From the IMG/VR virus record IMGVR_UViG_3300025030_000067, positions 1-64,000 of that record: a stretch of 64,000 bases of DNA; one strand, 5' to 3'. Below, piece by piece: positions 18,595-27,937 of the stretch. The notes under the pieces are model-generated. The model saw nothing but the letters and a program-made list of their open reading frames with translations. It was not told the DNA's origin and made no database searches. The stretch is from a virus. Each line of letters starts with the position of its first letter. Position 1 is the stretch's first letter. The position numbers were made by a program, and so were the translations under genes.

Positions 18595-19326
18595 ATGCAA
18601 AAACCCGCCTGTAGTCCCGTCCCGGCAGTATTCAGTTTTGAATCCCACGATGTACGAACAATTGTAGTTGGCGAAGAGGTCTGGTTTGTGGCCAGGGACG
18701 TTGCCGCTGTATTGGGCTATGCCAAACCGGAAAAAGCCATTTCATCACATTGTAAGCATGCCAAATCGTTAGCCTCCCCCGAATTGGGGGGGCAGGTTCC
18801 AGCCGGTTGGCCTCGGAATATGATGATCATCCCCGAGCGTGACGTCTACCGCCTGATTATGCGCTCCACTCTTCCCGCCGCCGAAAAGTTTGAAGACTGG
18901 ATTGTCTCCGAGGTCATCCCTTCCATCCGCAAGCACGGCCACTACGGCCAGCCGGTTGTTCTCCCTGCCGATCCGATGCAGATTCTCAAAGTTACTTATG
19001 ACGCCCTGGTGCAGGTGAATACCCGAGTGGACGAGGTACAGGAAACTGTTACCCGTTTGCTCGACACCGTCCGGCTCCAGCAATGGCAATGTTACGAACT
19101 GAAAGCCGCCGTCACGCAGAAGGCGCAGGAGTTCCGTGATACCTATAATTGCACTTATGCGTTGCTCTTTCCCGCCGTCTGGGGCTTTGTCAAAAAACAC
19201 TTCCGGGTTGCTACTTATTCCGCCATTCCGACTGTCCGTTTCGACGAGGCGCTTGCGCTTGTCAAGGCTATCACTTTTGGCGACATGCCCGACTATGTGC
19301 GCGAGAGCGCAGGGGGTGCCAAATGA
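18595..19326 (+). CDS. BRO-N family phage antirepressor (ORF6C-like C-terminus)
   Basis: WFVARDVAAVLGY, IPERDVYRLIMRS.LP.AEKFEDWI.SEVIPSIRKHG; C-terminal F.VATYSAIP..RFDEA. Confidence 0.9.
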   Translation: MQKPACSPVPAVFSFESHDVRTIVVGEEVWFVARDVAAVLGYAKPEKAISSHCKHAKSLASPELGGQVPAGWPRNMMIIPERDVYRLIMRSTLPAAEKFEDWIVSEVIPSIRKHGHYGQPVVLPADPMQILKVTYDALVQVNTRVDEVQETVTRLLDTVRLQQWQCYELKAAVTQKAQEFRDTYNCTYALLFPAVWGFVKKHFRVATYSAIPTVRFDEALALVKAITFGDMPDYVRESAGGAK

Positions 19327-20357
19327 GAATCGAACCCACCCTCAACGAAAAAGTTTACTATCGCACTCCGGAGATGAACCGTAAAAAGAAAGGCTTCATC
19401 GTCGCCGGCAGTATCGAAACCGGCTTTGAAATTAAACCGGTGCGTGAAGGCTATACGCTCAACCCACCGAACATTAACGGAGTTTTCCGCGACAGCATCT
19501 GGACGGCAGCAGAACATGCCGCTGGCAGATTACCGAAAGGCACAGGACGGGGCGTGGCCGCAAAAGAAAGCAAGCGCAGGGGGCAGGTTGGCATGGAGCG
19601 CATCGGCGTGTCTGAGGCTGAAATCATGCGACACCCTGGCATTGTGAGTATCATGGGAAAAATATTGTCAGGTCTGGCAGCACGGAACGGATTTAATCCG
19701 CATTTCGTGCTTGCCGATGGCGTTATGCACAACGACGATCTTGCCGCGAATGAATTGTACAGCGAGTACGTCACGGCAGCTCTCGGGGCTCTGCGCACGT
19801 CCGGCAACAATGCCAGTGATGCCGACATCGAGCAGTTCAAAGCGTACTTGTCCGGTGCATCCCTTGAAAGCAACATCGCGCTTACGATTGCCCGTACCGG
19901 CAAGACCGCAGCCATGCGGCACCTGATCTCGGATAATGACCGGCTGAAAGCGTCCGTTTCCTACGATACCCAGGGTGAAGACGACTACGAGACCGGCATG
20001 CGAGCGATTGCGGCCAAGGTTGCCGTCAATCCAGAACGTGGCTCTGGCGCTGCCAAGCAGGAAGCCCTGACGTTCGGCATTGCGGAACAGCTGGAAGCTC
20101 TGGACGACACGGCGGCAGCGGTCATCATTAAAATGAAGTTCGGCCTGGAGCAGTTCGAGCATGCCTACAAGGAACAGGACATCGCAGCCGCTCTCAACCG
20201 GGCGAAGGTTCCGGCTCCGAATGGCTTGTGGGATGCGGTGAAGGTGAAGATCAAGATGTTGGCTGCGCTTGCGATTCTGGCGCATACCCGAGGGATGCAG
20301 AACCTGCGCGACTTCATAAGCGGTTGCGACTACTCTTTTGTTGGAGGTGCAGCATGA
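19323..20357 (+). CDS. sigma-70-like protein; paralog of the N-terminal domain of the 1504-aa polyprotein
   Basis: ATG 19323 overlaps the BRO stop (ATGA). Region-4-like LEALDD..AVIIKMKFGL...YKEQDIAAALN...AALAIL; co-linear with residues ~70-400 of 37742-42256. Confidence 0.6.
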   Translation: MRIEPTLNEKVYYRTPEMNRKKKGFIVAGSIETGFEIKPVREGYTLNPPNINGVFRDSIWTAAEHAAGRLPKGTGRGVAAKESKRRGQVGMERIGVSEAEIMRHPGIVSIMGKILSGLAARNGFNPHFVLADGVMHNDDLAANELYSEYVTAALGALRTSGNNASDADIEQFKAYLSGASLESNIALTIARTGKTAAMRHLISDNDRLKASVSYDTQGEDDYETGMRAIAAKVAVNPERGSGAAKQEALTFGIAEQLEALDDTAAAVIIKMKFGLEQFEHAYKEQDIAAALNRAKVPAPNGLWDAVKVKIKMLAALAILAHTRGMQNLRDFISGCDYSFVGGAA

Positions 20358-20533
20358 GCCCGAATAAAAAAGCTACCATGATGCGTGACCTGGATGTCGC
20401 CCTGTCCCTTTTTGATGTTCTTGAAAACCTGCTGGAGAATAATGCCGGTGTGACTGATCTGCACTATCTGGCTTCTCTGGCCGGGGAGGGTAAGCGTAAG
20501 CTCAATGGTGTTGTCGATGTCTTGGCCGGGTGA
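20354..20533 (+). CDS. small hypothetical protein
   Basis: GGAGG RBS; ATGA overlap with the previous gene; MSPNKKATMM... Confidence 0.55.
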   Translation: MSPNKKATMMRDLDVALSLFDVLENLLENNAGVTDLHYLASLAGEGKRKLNGVVDVLAG

Positions 20534-20718
20534 TCATTCTGTTTTACTGTCTTTTACCTGTTGAAGTGGAGGTGTGCCATGCTTTGTATTCGCGTTTCCG
20601 TGAAGGGTTCTTTTGTTGGTCTGGTTCATGATTCTGATCGCGCCATAATTCGCAGTCTGGTCAAGCGATTCGGTCTTGAATCACTGGCTCTTGTTCCGGT
20701 GGTTGTACTGTGATATAC

Positions 20719-20751
20719 GAAAGGGGTGTCCGTTAGAGGGCACCCCTTTTT
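20719..20751 (+). terminator. intrinsic terminator
   Basis: AAAGGGGTGTC-loop-GGCACCCCTTTTT. Confidence 0.65.
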
Positions 20752-20783
20752 CTGTTGGAGGGATCTTGCAATTTGGAGGCTTT

Positions 20784-21083
20784 ATGCGTTCGTTTCTTGT
20801 TGTGCTGGACCAGCCAGGGGACAATCTTTCTTATGCACAGGTACTGGTGGAGCTTGCTGACAATGAAGGTAAACAAGAAGGAATTGAACAGCTTGCAAAA
20901 AATGTCTACATGATTCCAGAAGGTAGGTTTTTGTGGTTCGTTTCTGCCATTGCCGTGCGTTTGGAGCCATTCTCTCGCCGCGCAGGACAGCCCCATGGTC
21001 AAACGTGTGCAGCTTACGGCTATAAGTGTCTACTTTTTGATGAAGCCCTTCAATGGCTTCGCTTTGACGGTTCCCAACAATAA
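20784..21083 (+). CDS. hypothetical protein
   Basis: GGAGG RBS then MRSFLVVLDQ... Confidence 0.5.
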   Translation: MRSFLVVLDQPGDNLSYAQVLVELADNEGKQEGIEQLAKNVYMIPEGRFLWFVSAIAVRLEPFSRRAGQPHGQTCAAYGYKCLLFDEALQWLRFDGSQQ

Positions 21084-21217
21084 CCGGTGTCATGCTTTGG
21101 GTTATACCGTTTCCGTACCATCTTAAATCTTCGGATGCTGACATGTGTTCCTCCTTTCGGACAGTTTTACGGACAGTATCACACCTTGTGGCGTATATCA
21201 AATAAATGGAGGTCGTT

Positions 21218-21943
21218 ATGAAACTGTTTCTCGTTGTTGTTATGTTGCTGCTCCCCGTGGCAGGGTGGGGGGAAGGTGTTAGAGGTGTACAGTCAAAAAA
21301 AACACGCACGGTTGCGACAAAAAACAAAACTGATGGTTTTCAGGGTATCCTCTTTGGCACCAAAGAAGCCGAAGTGACGGATCTGTTAAAAAAGAAGTAT
21401 CCTGGTGCTTATAATGATGCCGATAATAGAGTTTTTTTAGGTGATCCCAGATCTGTTTTTCTGGGTGATTTAAAATCACAACACGGCATTGTTTTAAATG
21501 AGAATTACAATGAGTATGGGTATAAATATGTGCCAACTATTTATCAAGTGGAATTCATTTTTAAAGACAATAAGTTTTCTGCTTATCAGATTTACAAGCG
21601 CTTAAATATGGCTGGAATTAACGAACAATCAATCTACTTAACCCAAATACAAAAAATGATGTTTGACAAATATGGCTATGCTCAATACCAAACTAATTTA
21701 AGCAATTTATATGATATCGTGGCACACACTACACGCTTAGAATGGAAAAGTTATATAATTAACGCTTGGACTCCAAAAACAAACGCCAATGTTTTTGTCG
21801 GTACTCTTGTGTCGTCAGCCGATAACAATATGTACTTATTTGCGAGAGTTTGTATTGCAAAAGACGACCCTGTTGCCGCAAGATTTTCGGGTCAATACAA
21901 GTCCGAAAAAGACAGGACTGGAAAAGAGTTTCCTAATTTTTAG
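21218..21943 (+). CDS. secreted/periplasmic hypothetical protein, AT-rich moron
   Basis: Signal peptide MKLFLVVVMLLLPVAGWG; visibly lower GC than the flanks; GGAGG RBS. Confidence 0.7.
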   Translation: MKLFLVVVMLLLPVAGWGEGVRGVQSKKTRTVATKNKTDGFQGILFGTKEAEVTDLLKKKYPGAYNDADNRVFLGDPRSVFLGDLKSQHGIVLNENYNEYGYKYVPTIYQVEFIFKDNKFSAYQIYKRLNMAGINEQSIYLTQIQKMMFDKYGYAQYQTNLSNLYDIVAHTTRLEWKSYIINAWTPKTNANVFVGTLVSSADNNMYLFARVCIAKDDPVAARFSGQYKSEKDRTGKEFPNF

Positions 21944-21969
21944 CTTATTCTTGGCAGAATAACACCATC

Positions 21970-24585
21970 CTATTGTCCTTTCGGAGCGCTGATTATTGCT
22001 GATGTAATGTCCCTCACTGGCTTTACCACAATCCCATTGGTGGTGATGTAGTCAAATAATTTCTTCGTATAATCTTCCGAATACGGTGCATTTGTTGCCG
22101 GGTTGGCTGCCGAGTTTGGCCGCTCTCCCGGCTTCTTTGTTTTTTCTACCCTCTCTTCCACTTCATCGGTATATTTTGGTCCCAGTACCGTTTGCATCAC
22201 TGGGCTACGGTCGATGTCCTCTTGCCTGTATGCTCCGTCATAGATATTCGCGTATTTTTCTACAGTGTCTACATACCCGCTTGTGACTTTCGATTGTGGC
22301 AGATGTTTCTTCCAGTTTTTGGGATCTTTCTTCACCGCCTTGTCAACATTCCCTGGCCCTGCGTTATATGCCGCGAGCGCCTTTTCCTCGTCACCTTTGT
22401 ATCTGTCGAGCATTTGCTTGAGGTATTTTACCCCGCCGATCATATTTTGCGTTTCGTTGAATGGATCTCTTACCCCCATGTCTCTTGCCGTTTCGGGCAT
22501 GAGCTGCATAAGCCCTTTTGCCCCTTTGTCGGACACTGCATTGGGGTCGCCGCCGCTTTCTGCCTTGATGACAGCTTTTACCAGTGAAGGCCGGACTTTG
22601 TACTGCCGTGCAATCCTTTCGGCCTCAGACATCCGTTGCGCTTGTGGTCGGGTCGGTGTAGTGCCGGTGTCCTTTCCATAGGTGCCATCCGTAAAGTAGT
22701 CGAGTGCAAACTTGGTGCCCTCGTATGCTGCAAGCCCCGTTAATGCAGGTAGCACCATGCGTCCCATGATTGCTTTACCTGCTGCTCCGCCTGGGATCAT
22801 GTTGCTGATGGACGATGCGAACATGAGGGTTGCGGCTCCCATCATGAGCTTTCCTGCTGGTCCCGCTTCTTTCATGGCTCCTGCGATCGAATCAAAGGCA
22901 CCTTTCCAGTTCTGGTCGGTCAGTGCGCTTGCGAACGTCAATGCGCCGTCCTCGAACTTCCCAAACAGCTTGTTCAGCTGCTCTCCGGCCTCTATTTTTA
23001 CCATCTGCCGTTTTGCTTCCAGAGCTTCTTTGTTGATTGCCGGGTTTTTACCGATCTCCTTTTGCCATTCAGCGTATATCCGCTTGTCCTCCGCGCTGCC
23101 TTTGGACAGGTCACCTATTTTCTTCTTGCCGCCGTCGAGTGCCACTGAAAGCCTGTCAAAAAAGCTCGTTCCTGTTTTTTCATCCTTCTTTGACATAGCG
23201 ATCAATTTTTCGGCTGGCGCACCCTTTATGCCGGCTGCTTCCAAGAGTGTTTCAAGTTCTCCGGCTTTCCCTTTGTCTGTTGTTGAACGGAGACCGCCAA
23301 TCAGCTGAGACAGCAGCTTGGGATTCTCCATGAATCCGCCCTGCTTCATCACGTTCATGTCGTGGATCTTCTCAAAGTTCATTGGTCCTTTGAATCCACC
23401 CATCAGCTGGAATAACCGAATGTCTCCCGCTGCAGTCCCGGCACCTTGCAGGCCGTTCTGCATGAAGTTCTGAAAGTTTCCGCTCTTGGCGTACTGTGCA
23501 TAATCTGCCTTGCTCTGCGTGGCTTTCATCGCCTCTATCGCGAGAGCGGTGGCTTGCCCTGCCTGCTTATCGCTCCCGGCTCCACCCATGGCCTGTGCGG
23601 TCGCCTGCGTGTTCCGGCTGACCAGCTGCAGCAGTTCGGATGCTCGGGACTTGTCCATCCCTTTCTTGATCGCCTCGCCCATCATGGACAGTGCGCCGGT
23701 ACCGGCCTGTTGGTTACCGGTCGCCTGGTACATCGTGCCGTACATGCCTGCTACTTGGCTGGGGTCAGTTCCGGTGTACTTCGCGAACCTGCCGGACATA
23801 TTCGCTGCAGAATTGGCCTTCTTGCCGAACATGCCGGTTGACTGGCTGATTCCTTCCAGCATCTGCATCTGTTCGAGCGGGTCTATACCTGCGCTGACAC
23901 CGTCGTTATATCCGCTCTTGATGCCTCTGGCGTAGAGTCTGCCTTCATGGCCGACCGCCTGTTGGTACTGTGCTCTGGATGATCCAAGAAAGCCGAGTAG
24001 CGAGAAGCCACCTGCTGCCGCTAATCCCCACCCGACGGCCTTTTTGATGGTGTTGCCCATGGTGCTGGCTTGGCTCCCACCACCAGACGCTTCTTCATCA
24101 ACACGGCTTGTTACTGTACGGCCATAGTTCCCGTGTTCTTTAAAATAGCGGTCTGCCGCTGTCTCTCGCTTACGTGGTTCGTTGGCATCTTTCCAGAAAG
24201 CGTCTGCGGCTCTCTGTGACTCCTTATGCATTCTGGCTGATTCGGCAGATGACACCGTGCCTACGCCTGGTGCCGCTGTTGCCGCTGCGCCTCTGAACGA
24301 TGTCATTGTTTTTATCAGCTTGTCGTAGTCTTTGGCTATGTCCGATACGACTCTTCGTGTGCCTTCCATCTCCTTGCGATATGCAATTGCACTCTTGGCG
24401 GTACGATCCATTGCTCCGGCATTTACCGTTGCGTCAGTCCCAGGTGGACCTCCAGAATTGACACCTCCGACGATAGTGAATTCTTTATCGTTAAGCTTAC
24501 TGGCTTTGTCCGCAAGCAGTTCAACTTCCCTTTTAGCGTCTGTTACCTGCTGGCGGTTTACCCTGATATCAATGCCGATTCCCAT
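21970..24585 (-). CDS. tape measure protein with lytic transglycosylase (SLT) domain
   Basis: Ala/Gly-rich helical protein after the tail chaperones; AVIKAESGGDPNAVSDKGAKGLMQLMP and ALAAYNAGPG SLT motifs. Confidence 0.9.
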   Translation of the reverse strand: MGIGIDIRVNRQQVTDAKREVELLADKASKLNDKEFTIVGGVNSGGPPGTDATVNAGAMDRTAKSAIAYRKEMEGTRRVVSDIAKDYDKLIKTMTSFRGAAATAAPGVGTVSSAESARMHKESQRAADAFWKDANEPRKRETAADRYFKEHGNYGRTVTSRVDEEASGGGSQASTMGNTIKKAVGWGLAAAGGFSLLGFLGSSRAQYQQAVGHEGRLYARGIKSGYNDGVSAGIDPLEQMQMLEGISQSTGMFGKKANSAANMSGRFAKYTGTDPSQVAGMYGTMYQATGNQQAGTGALSMMGEAIKKGMDKSRASELLQLVSRNTQATAQAMGGAGSDKQAGQATALAIEAMKATQSKADYAQYAKSGNFQNFMQNGLQGAGTAAGDIRLFQLMGGFKGPMNFEKIHDMNVMKQGGFMENPKLLSQLIGGLRSTTDKGKAGELETLLEAAGIKGAPAEKLIAMSKKDEKTGTSFFDRLSVALDGGKKKIGDLSKGSAEDKRIYAEWQKEIGKNPAINKEALEAKRQMVKIEAGEQLNKLFGKFEDGALTFASALTDQNWKGAFDSIAGAMKEAGPAGKLMMGAATLMFASSISNMIPGGAAGKAIMGRMVLPALTGLAAYEGTKFALDYFTDGTYGKDTGTTPTRPQAQRMSEAERIARQYKVRPSLVKAVIKAESGGDPNAVSDKGAKGLMQLMPETARDMGVRDPFNETQNMIGGVKYLKQMLDRYKGDEEKALAAYNAGPGNVDKAVKKDPKNWKKHLPQSKVTSGYVDTVEKYANIYDGAYRQEDIDRSPVMQTVLGPKYTDEVEERVEKTKKPGERPNSAANPATNAPYSEDYTKKLFDYITTNGIVVKPVRDITSAIISAPKGQ

Positions 24586-24606
24586 CTGCGTATCCTCCGT
24601 GCCTTC

Positions 24607-24644
24607 ATCCTATCAAATCCGTAGCGTATGTCGAACGCTTTGCC
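24607..24644 (-). promoter_or_regulatory. putative promoter containing the 13-bp box (tape measure)
   Basis: Minus strand GGCAAA-gcgt-TCGACA-tacgctacg...-TGa-TAGGAT. Confidence 0.55.
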
Positions 24645-24649
24645 AATAG

Positions 24650-24672
24650 AAAAGGGAGCCGTTAAGCTCCCT
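24650..24672 (-). terminator. intrinsic terminator after tail chaperones
   Basis: AGGGAGC-CGTTAA-GCTCCCT hairpin, T-tract on the minus strand. Confidence 0.55.
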
Positions 24673-25003
24673 CATCTTTTGATTCAATCACTACTGGCTC
24701 CCATTTGTCTCCGTATAACTCTTTGTTTAAATCGATCTTTTCTCCTGCTTCAATCCTAGCGAATATGTCATCTACTCCCGCATCTCCCGACAACTCTATG
24801 TCGCAGGTCGGGCACTTGTCGCGGTGAGTCGTCATTTCGCATGTGAAGCATGTTTTGAGCGATTTACCTTCCGCTGCCAGGGACATCTCATATTCAAGAG
24901 AGATTTCCTCGTCGGTGATGCTGGTGTATCTAACGTCATTGACCGGCAGGTTGTACTTTGTCCGGTACCAATAACGCAGGCTGTTTATCTCCCTCGCTGC
25001 CAT
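24662..25003 (-). CDS. tail assembly chaperone, downstream (T-like) frame
   Basis: YWYRTKYNLP..D.RY motif; overlaps the upstream chaperone in its +1 frame. Confidence 0.65.
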   Translation of the reverse strand: MAAREINSLRYWYRTKYNLPVNDVRYTSITDEEISLEYEMSLAAEGKSLKTCFTCEMTTHRDKCPTCDIELSGDAGVDDIFARIEAGEKIDLNKELYGDKWEPVVIESKDEGA

Positions 25004-25376
25004 CGCTCCCAGTTGCTTTGGGTCGAAAGGAGTTTAGGTGCTTTTGGACCTCGTGCCATACGGCCAGTATTGCGTCTTCGTCTTCGTCTTCGTGCATCTC
25101 CGCCAAGTCGAACCATTTCGGCAGCGGCACGGTCGAAGTCGTCTCTACGAATGTGACGATGTACGACAGCAGTTTAAGGCCTTCCCCGATCAGTTCTGGA
25201 TTAACGGCACCGAATTCCGACATGGTGACGGCGTCACGTAGAGCTATTGTGCGCTTGTCCAGCAGAGATGGTCTGCGAATGGAAAAAGACCCAGCGTATT
25301 TGCTACCAAATGGCTTTCCCGTGGTGGGGCAGAGTGCGCTTTCAATGTTGAATTCTGTTATCAGTGGTATTGACAT
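24936..25376 (-). CDS. tail assembly chaperone (G-like)
   Basis: Lies between tube and tape measure; AAGGAG RBS; YAGSFSIRRPS, P.WFD motifs. Confidence 0.7.
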   Translation of the reverse strand: MSIPLITEFNIESALCPTTGKPFGSKYAGSFSIRRPSLLDKRTIALRDAVTMSEFGAVNPELIGEGLKLLSYIVTFVETTSTVPLPKWFDLAEMHEDEDEDAILAVWHEVQKHLNSFRPKATGSDGSEGDKQPALLVPDKVQPAGQ

Positions 25377-25396
25377 AATGGCTCCTTGGATGGGGT

Positions 25397-25421
25397 GGGG
25401 GAGGCAATGACGCCTCCCCTT
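25397..25421 (-). terminator. hairpin after tail tube gene
   Basis: GGGGAGGC-AATGAC-GCCTCCCC. Confidence 0.5.
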
Positions 25422-25437
25422 TGATATGCGCTACAGT

Positions 25438-25851
25438 TTATCGCTGGGAAACGCGGTGTCTTGCCAAAATTTGAAAATTTTCGCCGGTCACTTGATGCTT
25501 GGTGTATCTGCGGCTGTGGGTGTTGAACTTGCAGCCGGTGTAGTTCTCGATGGTGGTGCCGGAGACGGTGTCAATGACTTCTACCGAGAGTTCCGGAGCG
25601 GTCAGCCATTCGTCGCTGTTGGGTACGAACCCGAGCTTTTCCAGCGTTTCCGCTGCCACCAGGTATTTCTCGCCGCTGATGCGGTGGGTGAGTTTGCCAA
25701 CAACGTGCTCCACGACTTCTACGTCGCCGAGCCCGTCCACTTCCTGGAGATTGAAATCGTCTTCAAAACTTACGTTCTGGCAGGTTCCGATTGCCTCTCC
25801 CTTCATCTTCAGTATAACCCTGTTGCCGGTTGCGGTATTCTTAACAGCCAT
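25438..25851 (-). CDS. tail tube protein
   Basis: 137 aa directly after the sheath; TGNRVILK...EVDGLG..EHV, YTGC motifs as in SPO1/Twort-like tubes. Confidence 0.85.
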   Translation of the reverse strand: MAVKNTATGNRVILKMKGEAIGTCQNVSFEDDFNLQEVDGLGDVEVVEHVVGKLTHRISGEKYLVAAETLEKLGFVPNSDEWLTAPELSVEVIDTVSGTTIENYTGCKFNTHSRRYTKHQVTGENFQILARHRVSQR

Positions 25852-25865
25852 GATTTATGCCCTCC

Positions 25866-27629
25866 TTACAGGCCGATACTGAACTTTGTGGGTTGCAGGT
25901 GGTAGGTCGAGAAGATCCAGTTTACTGGCAGGATCGGCTCGGCGAAGTAGTCCACGTAGCGGATGGTTCCATCCACTCGCAGTTGGGTTTTTTTCGGGTC
26001 GAAGTAACGGATGTATTCTTCCCGTTTTGCAGCCTCGAGGACGGCATTGGTCAGGTTGACGATGGTGATGTCCAGGCTTTCTGTGCCTGGCTTGCCCACC
26101 AACAGCTCGTGACGGTTGCGGATCTCTCTGGCGATGTAGTCGGCGCCACGGCCAACCGAGAACTCGATACGGTACAGATCGTCGTTCTGGTTCCAGGTGG
26201 TGAGCTGGCGGCTGATTACATATCCTGCTCCTTGCACTGCATCGGGGATCGGGATTGCCACGGCGCTTTCGAGCAGGGTTTCGATCTCGGAGATGCGGAG
26301 CTCCACTTCGAGCCCGAGGCAGCGCAGGTATTTGCGGGTAAGCGGCTCAACCGGAGAGCTGCCGCCTGCAAGTCCGGCATACATGCATGCCGTGATGTAT
26401 CCCGGATAAAGCTTGATATTACCATCGTGGTCATAAAACTTGGCACCGAGGCCGACGTGCATTGTCCGGTCGCTGTTAAGATTCTTGACTGCGGTCTGTA
26501 ATGCGGCGATTGCCGTGAGACGGGCTGCTTCGCTAACCCAGCTCTGGAGTGCTCCGCCAACGAAGCAACGACGCTCTGATTTGCCGCTTGGACCACTCAT
26601 ATAGGCGCAATGCGCGTCTGCCATGGAATGGATTGCCGCTGCAGACGTGATCGGCACAATCAGGTCTATCTTCATGGTTTTCAGCAGGTCGAAGGCTGCC
26701 TGCCAATCGTTGTTGGTGGTCGTGCCATTCGAGCCACCATTCAGGAAAGTCCAGCCAACATTTGCCGGGATCGTGCCGGCGTCAGTGTTGCGTGAGGCAA
26801 GCACGTATCCTGACAGTTTGTTGATGCCATCCACGATCGCCTGCAGGTCGGATTTGGCTGTGAACGCTGCTGTCTTGACGTCCTGTGTGGTTACCGTATC
26901 AAGCTGAATGGATAGGTCAGTCTTTGGCTGTTTTGTGGTTGCAACAGCTGTGTACTTCGCCACTCCGGCAACGTTGAAGCTGTTGATGGCGTCTACCAGT
27001 GCCTGAATGGTTGTGAAGGAGTTCAGGTCGAGATTCAGGTTGTCAGCGGCCACGGCTGTTGCATTGGTGGTCAGCAGGTGCGTGGCGGCAGAGATGTTTA
27101 CGGTCATGGTGCAGGACGCGGCGGCTCCGGTGTACTGGATGCTGAACGAGTCCTTGGTCAGGTTGTCGAAAATTTCAGCATTGTCGACGTACTGAATTGT
27201 GACCTTCTTGCCTGTGGTCCCGGCTTCGATTTTGGCTTTCACCTGGTTGGCTGTCTGGCCGAATAGGTAGCTGGTCAGCGTGAGCACGTCAGCAACCGCA
27301 GCATCTTTGAATGTCTTGCTCGATGCTGTCGCAGGGTTTACCGGAATCAGATAGACTTCGCTGGCTCCCTGTGCGCCTGGCGATGGATCGAACAGCAACT
27401 GTGCGCCCAGCCGTGCCTCTGCCGAGTCGGGATGAACCAGCTGGTTCACCAGCGATGGGCTGTTGATTTTGATGGCGGTTCCTGGCGGGATAAGCCCGAC
27501 CATTTCCGCGAGAATCGCTACCTTGTTTGCCCCACCAAGTGGACTGTTGGCCAGTGCCGACGAATCGATGCGGCTGGCAGCCTGGGGGATCAGGTAGTAT
27601 TTACCGTTCCAGAGAACTCCTTTGCCCAT
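25866..27629 (-). CDS. tail sheath protein
   Basis: 587 aa; LNGGSNGT...W..AFD.L, EPLTRK, PILPVNWI motifs. Confidence 0.9.
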   Translation of the reverse strand: MGKGVLWNGKYYLIPQAASRIDSSALANSPLGGANKVAILAEMVGLIPPGTAIKINSPSLVNQLVHPDSAEARLGAQLLFDPSPGAQGASEVYLIPVNPATASSKTFKDAAVADVLTLTSYLFGQTANQVKAKIEAGTTGKKVTIQYVDNAEIFDNLTKDSFSIQYTGAAASCTMTVNISAATHLLTTNATAVAADNLNLDLNSFTTIQALVDAINSFNVAGVAKYTAVATTKQPKTDLSIQLDTVTTQDVKTAAFTAKSDLQAIVDGINKLSGYVLASRNTDAGTIPANVGWTFLNGGSNGTTTNNDWQAAFDLLKTMKIDLIVPITSAAAIHSMADAHCAYMSGPSGKSERRCFVGGALQSWVSEAARLTAIAALQTAVKNLNSDRTMHVGLGAKFYDHDGNIKLYPGYITACMYAGLAGGSSPVEPLTRKYLRCLGLEVELRISEIETLLESAVAIPIPDAVQGAGYVISRQLTTWNQNDDLYRIEFSVGRGADYIAREIRNRHELLVGKPGTESLDITIVNLTNAVLEAAKREEYIRYFDPKKTQLRVDGTIRYVDYFAEPILPVNWIFSTYHLQPTKFSIGL

Positions 27630-27631
27630 TG

Positions 27632-27898
27632 TTACTTACCTCCTTTTATTTGCCATTCGGCCCATGTCAATGCTGTCGGCATGGTCTCGAACAGTCCGAG
27701 TAATGTTGCCCATTCGCTTCTGTATTTCCTGCCGTTGATCTTCTCTGCTTGGCACAGGTGGGTGAATGCCGCTTTTGTCTCGACCCGGGCTTTCGGTATT
27801 TCACTCAAAAACTCTTCCAGGGTTACCGGGAACTCAGATACTTCCGTGGCTGGTTCTTGCGTTGGAGCAGATTCTGTTGTTGCATCGGCTTTTGCCAT
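27632..27898 (-). CDS. hypothetical virion-module protein
   Basis: GGAGG RBS; 88 aa; co-oriented with the operon. Confidence 0.65.
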   Translation of the reverse strand: MAKADATTESAPTQEPATEVSEFPVTLEEFLSEIPKARVETKAAFTHLCQAEKINGRKYRSEWATLLGLFETMPTALTWAEWQIKGGK

Positions 27899-27937
27899 GA
27901 TGTTTCCTCCTTGATGTTGATATACGCTACAGTTAAT

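Noticed and set aside
19149-19322. 5' extension of the 402-aa ORF in the track
   Set aside because: It overlaps the BRO gene out of frame; similarity to the polyprotein begins at the ATG at 19323.
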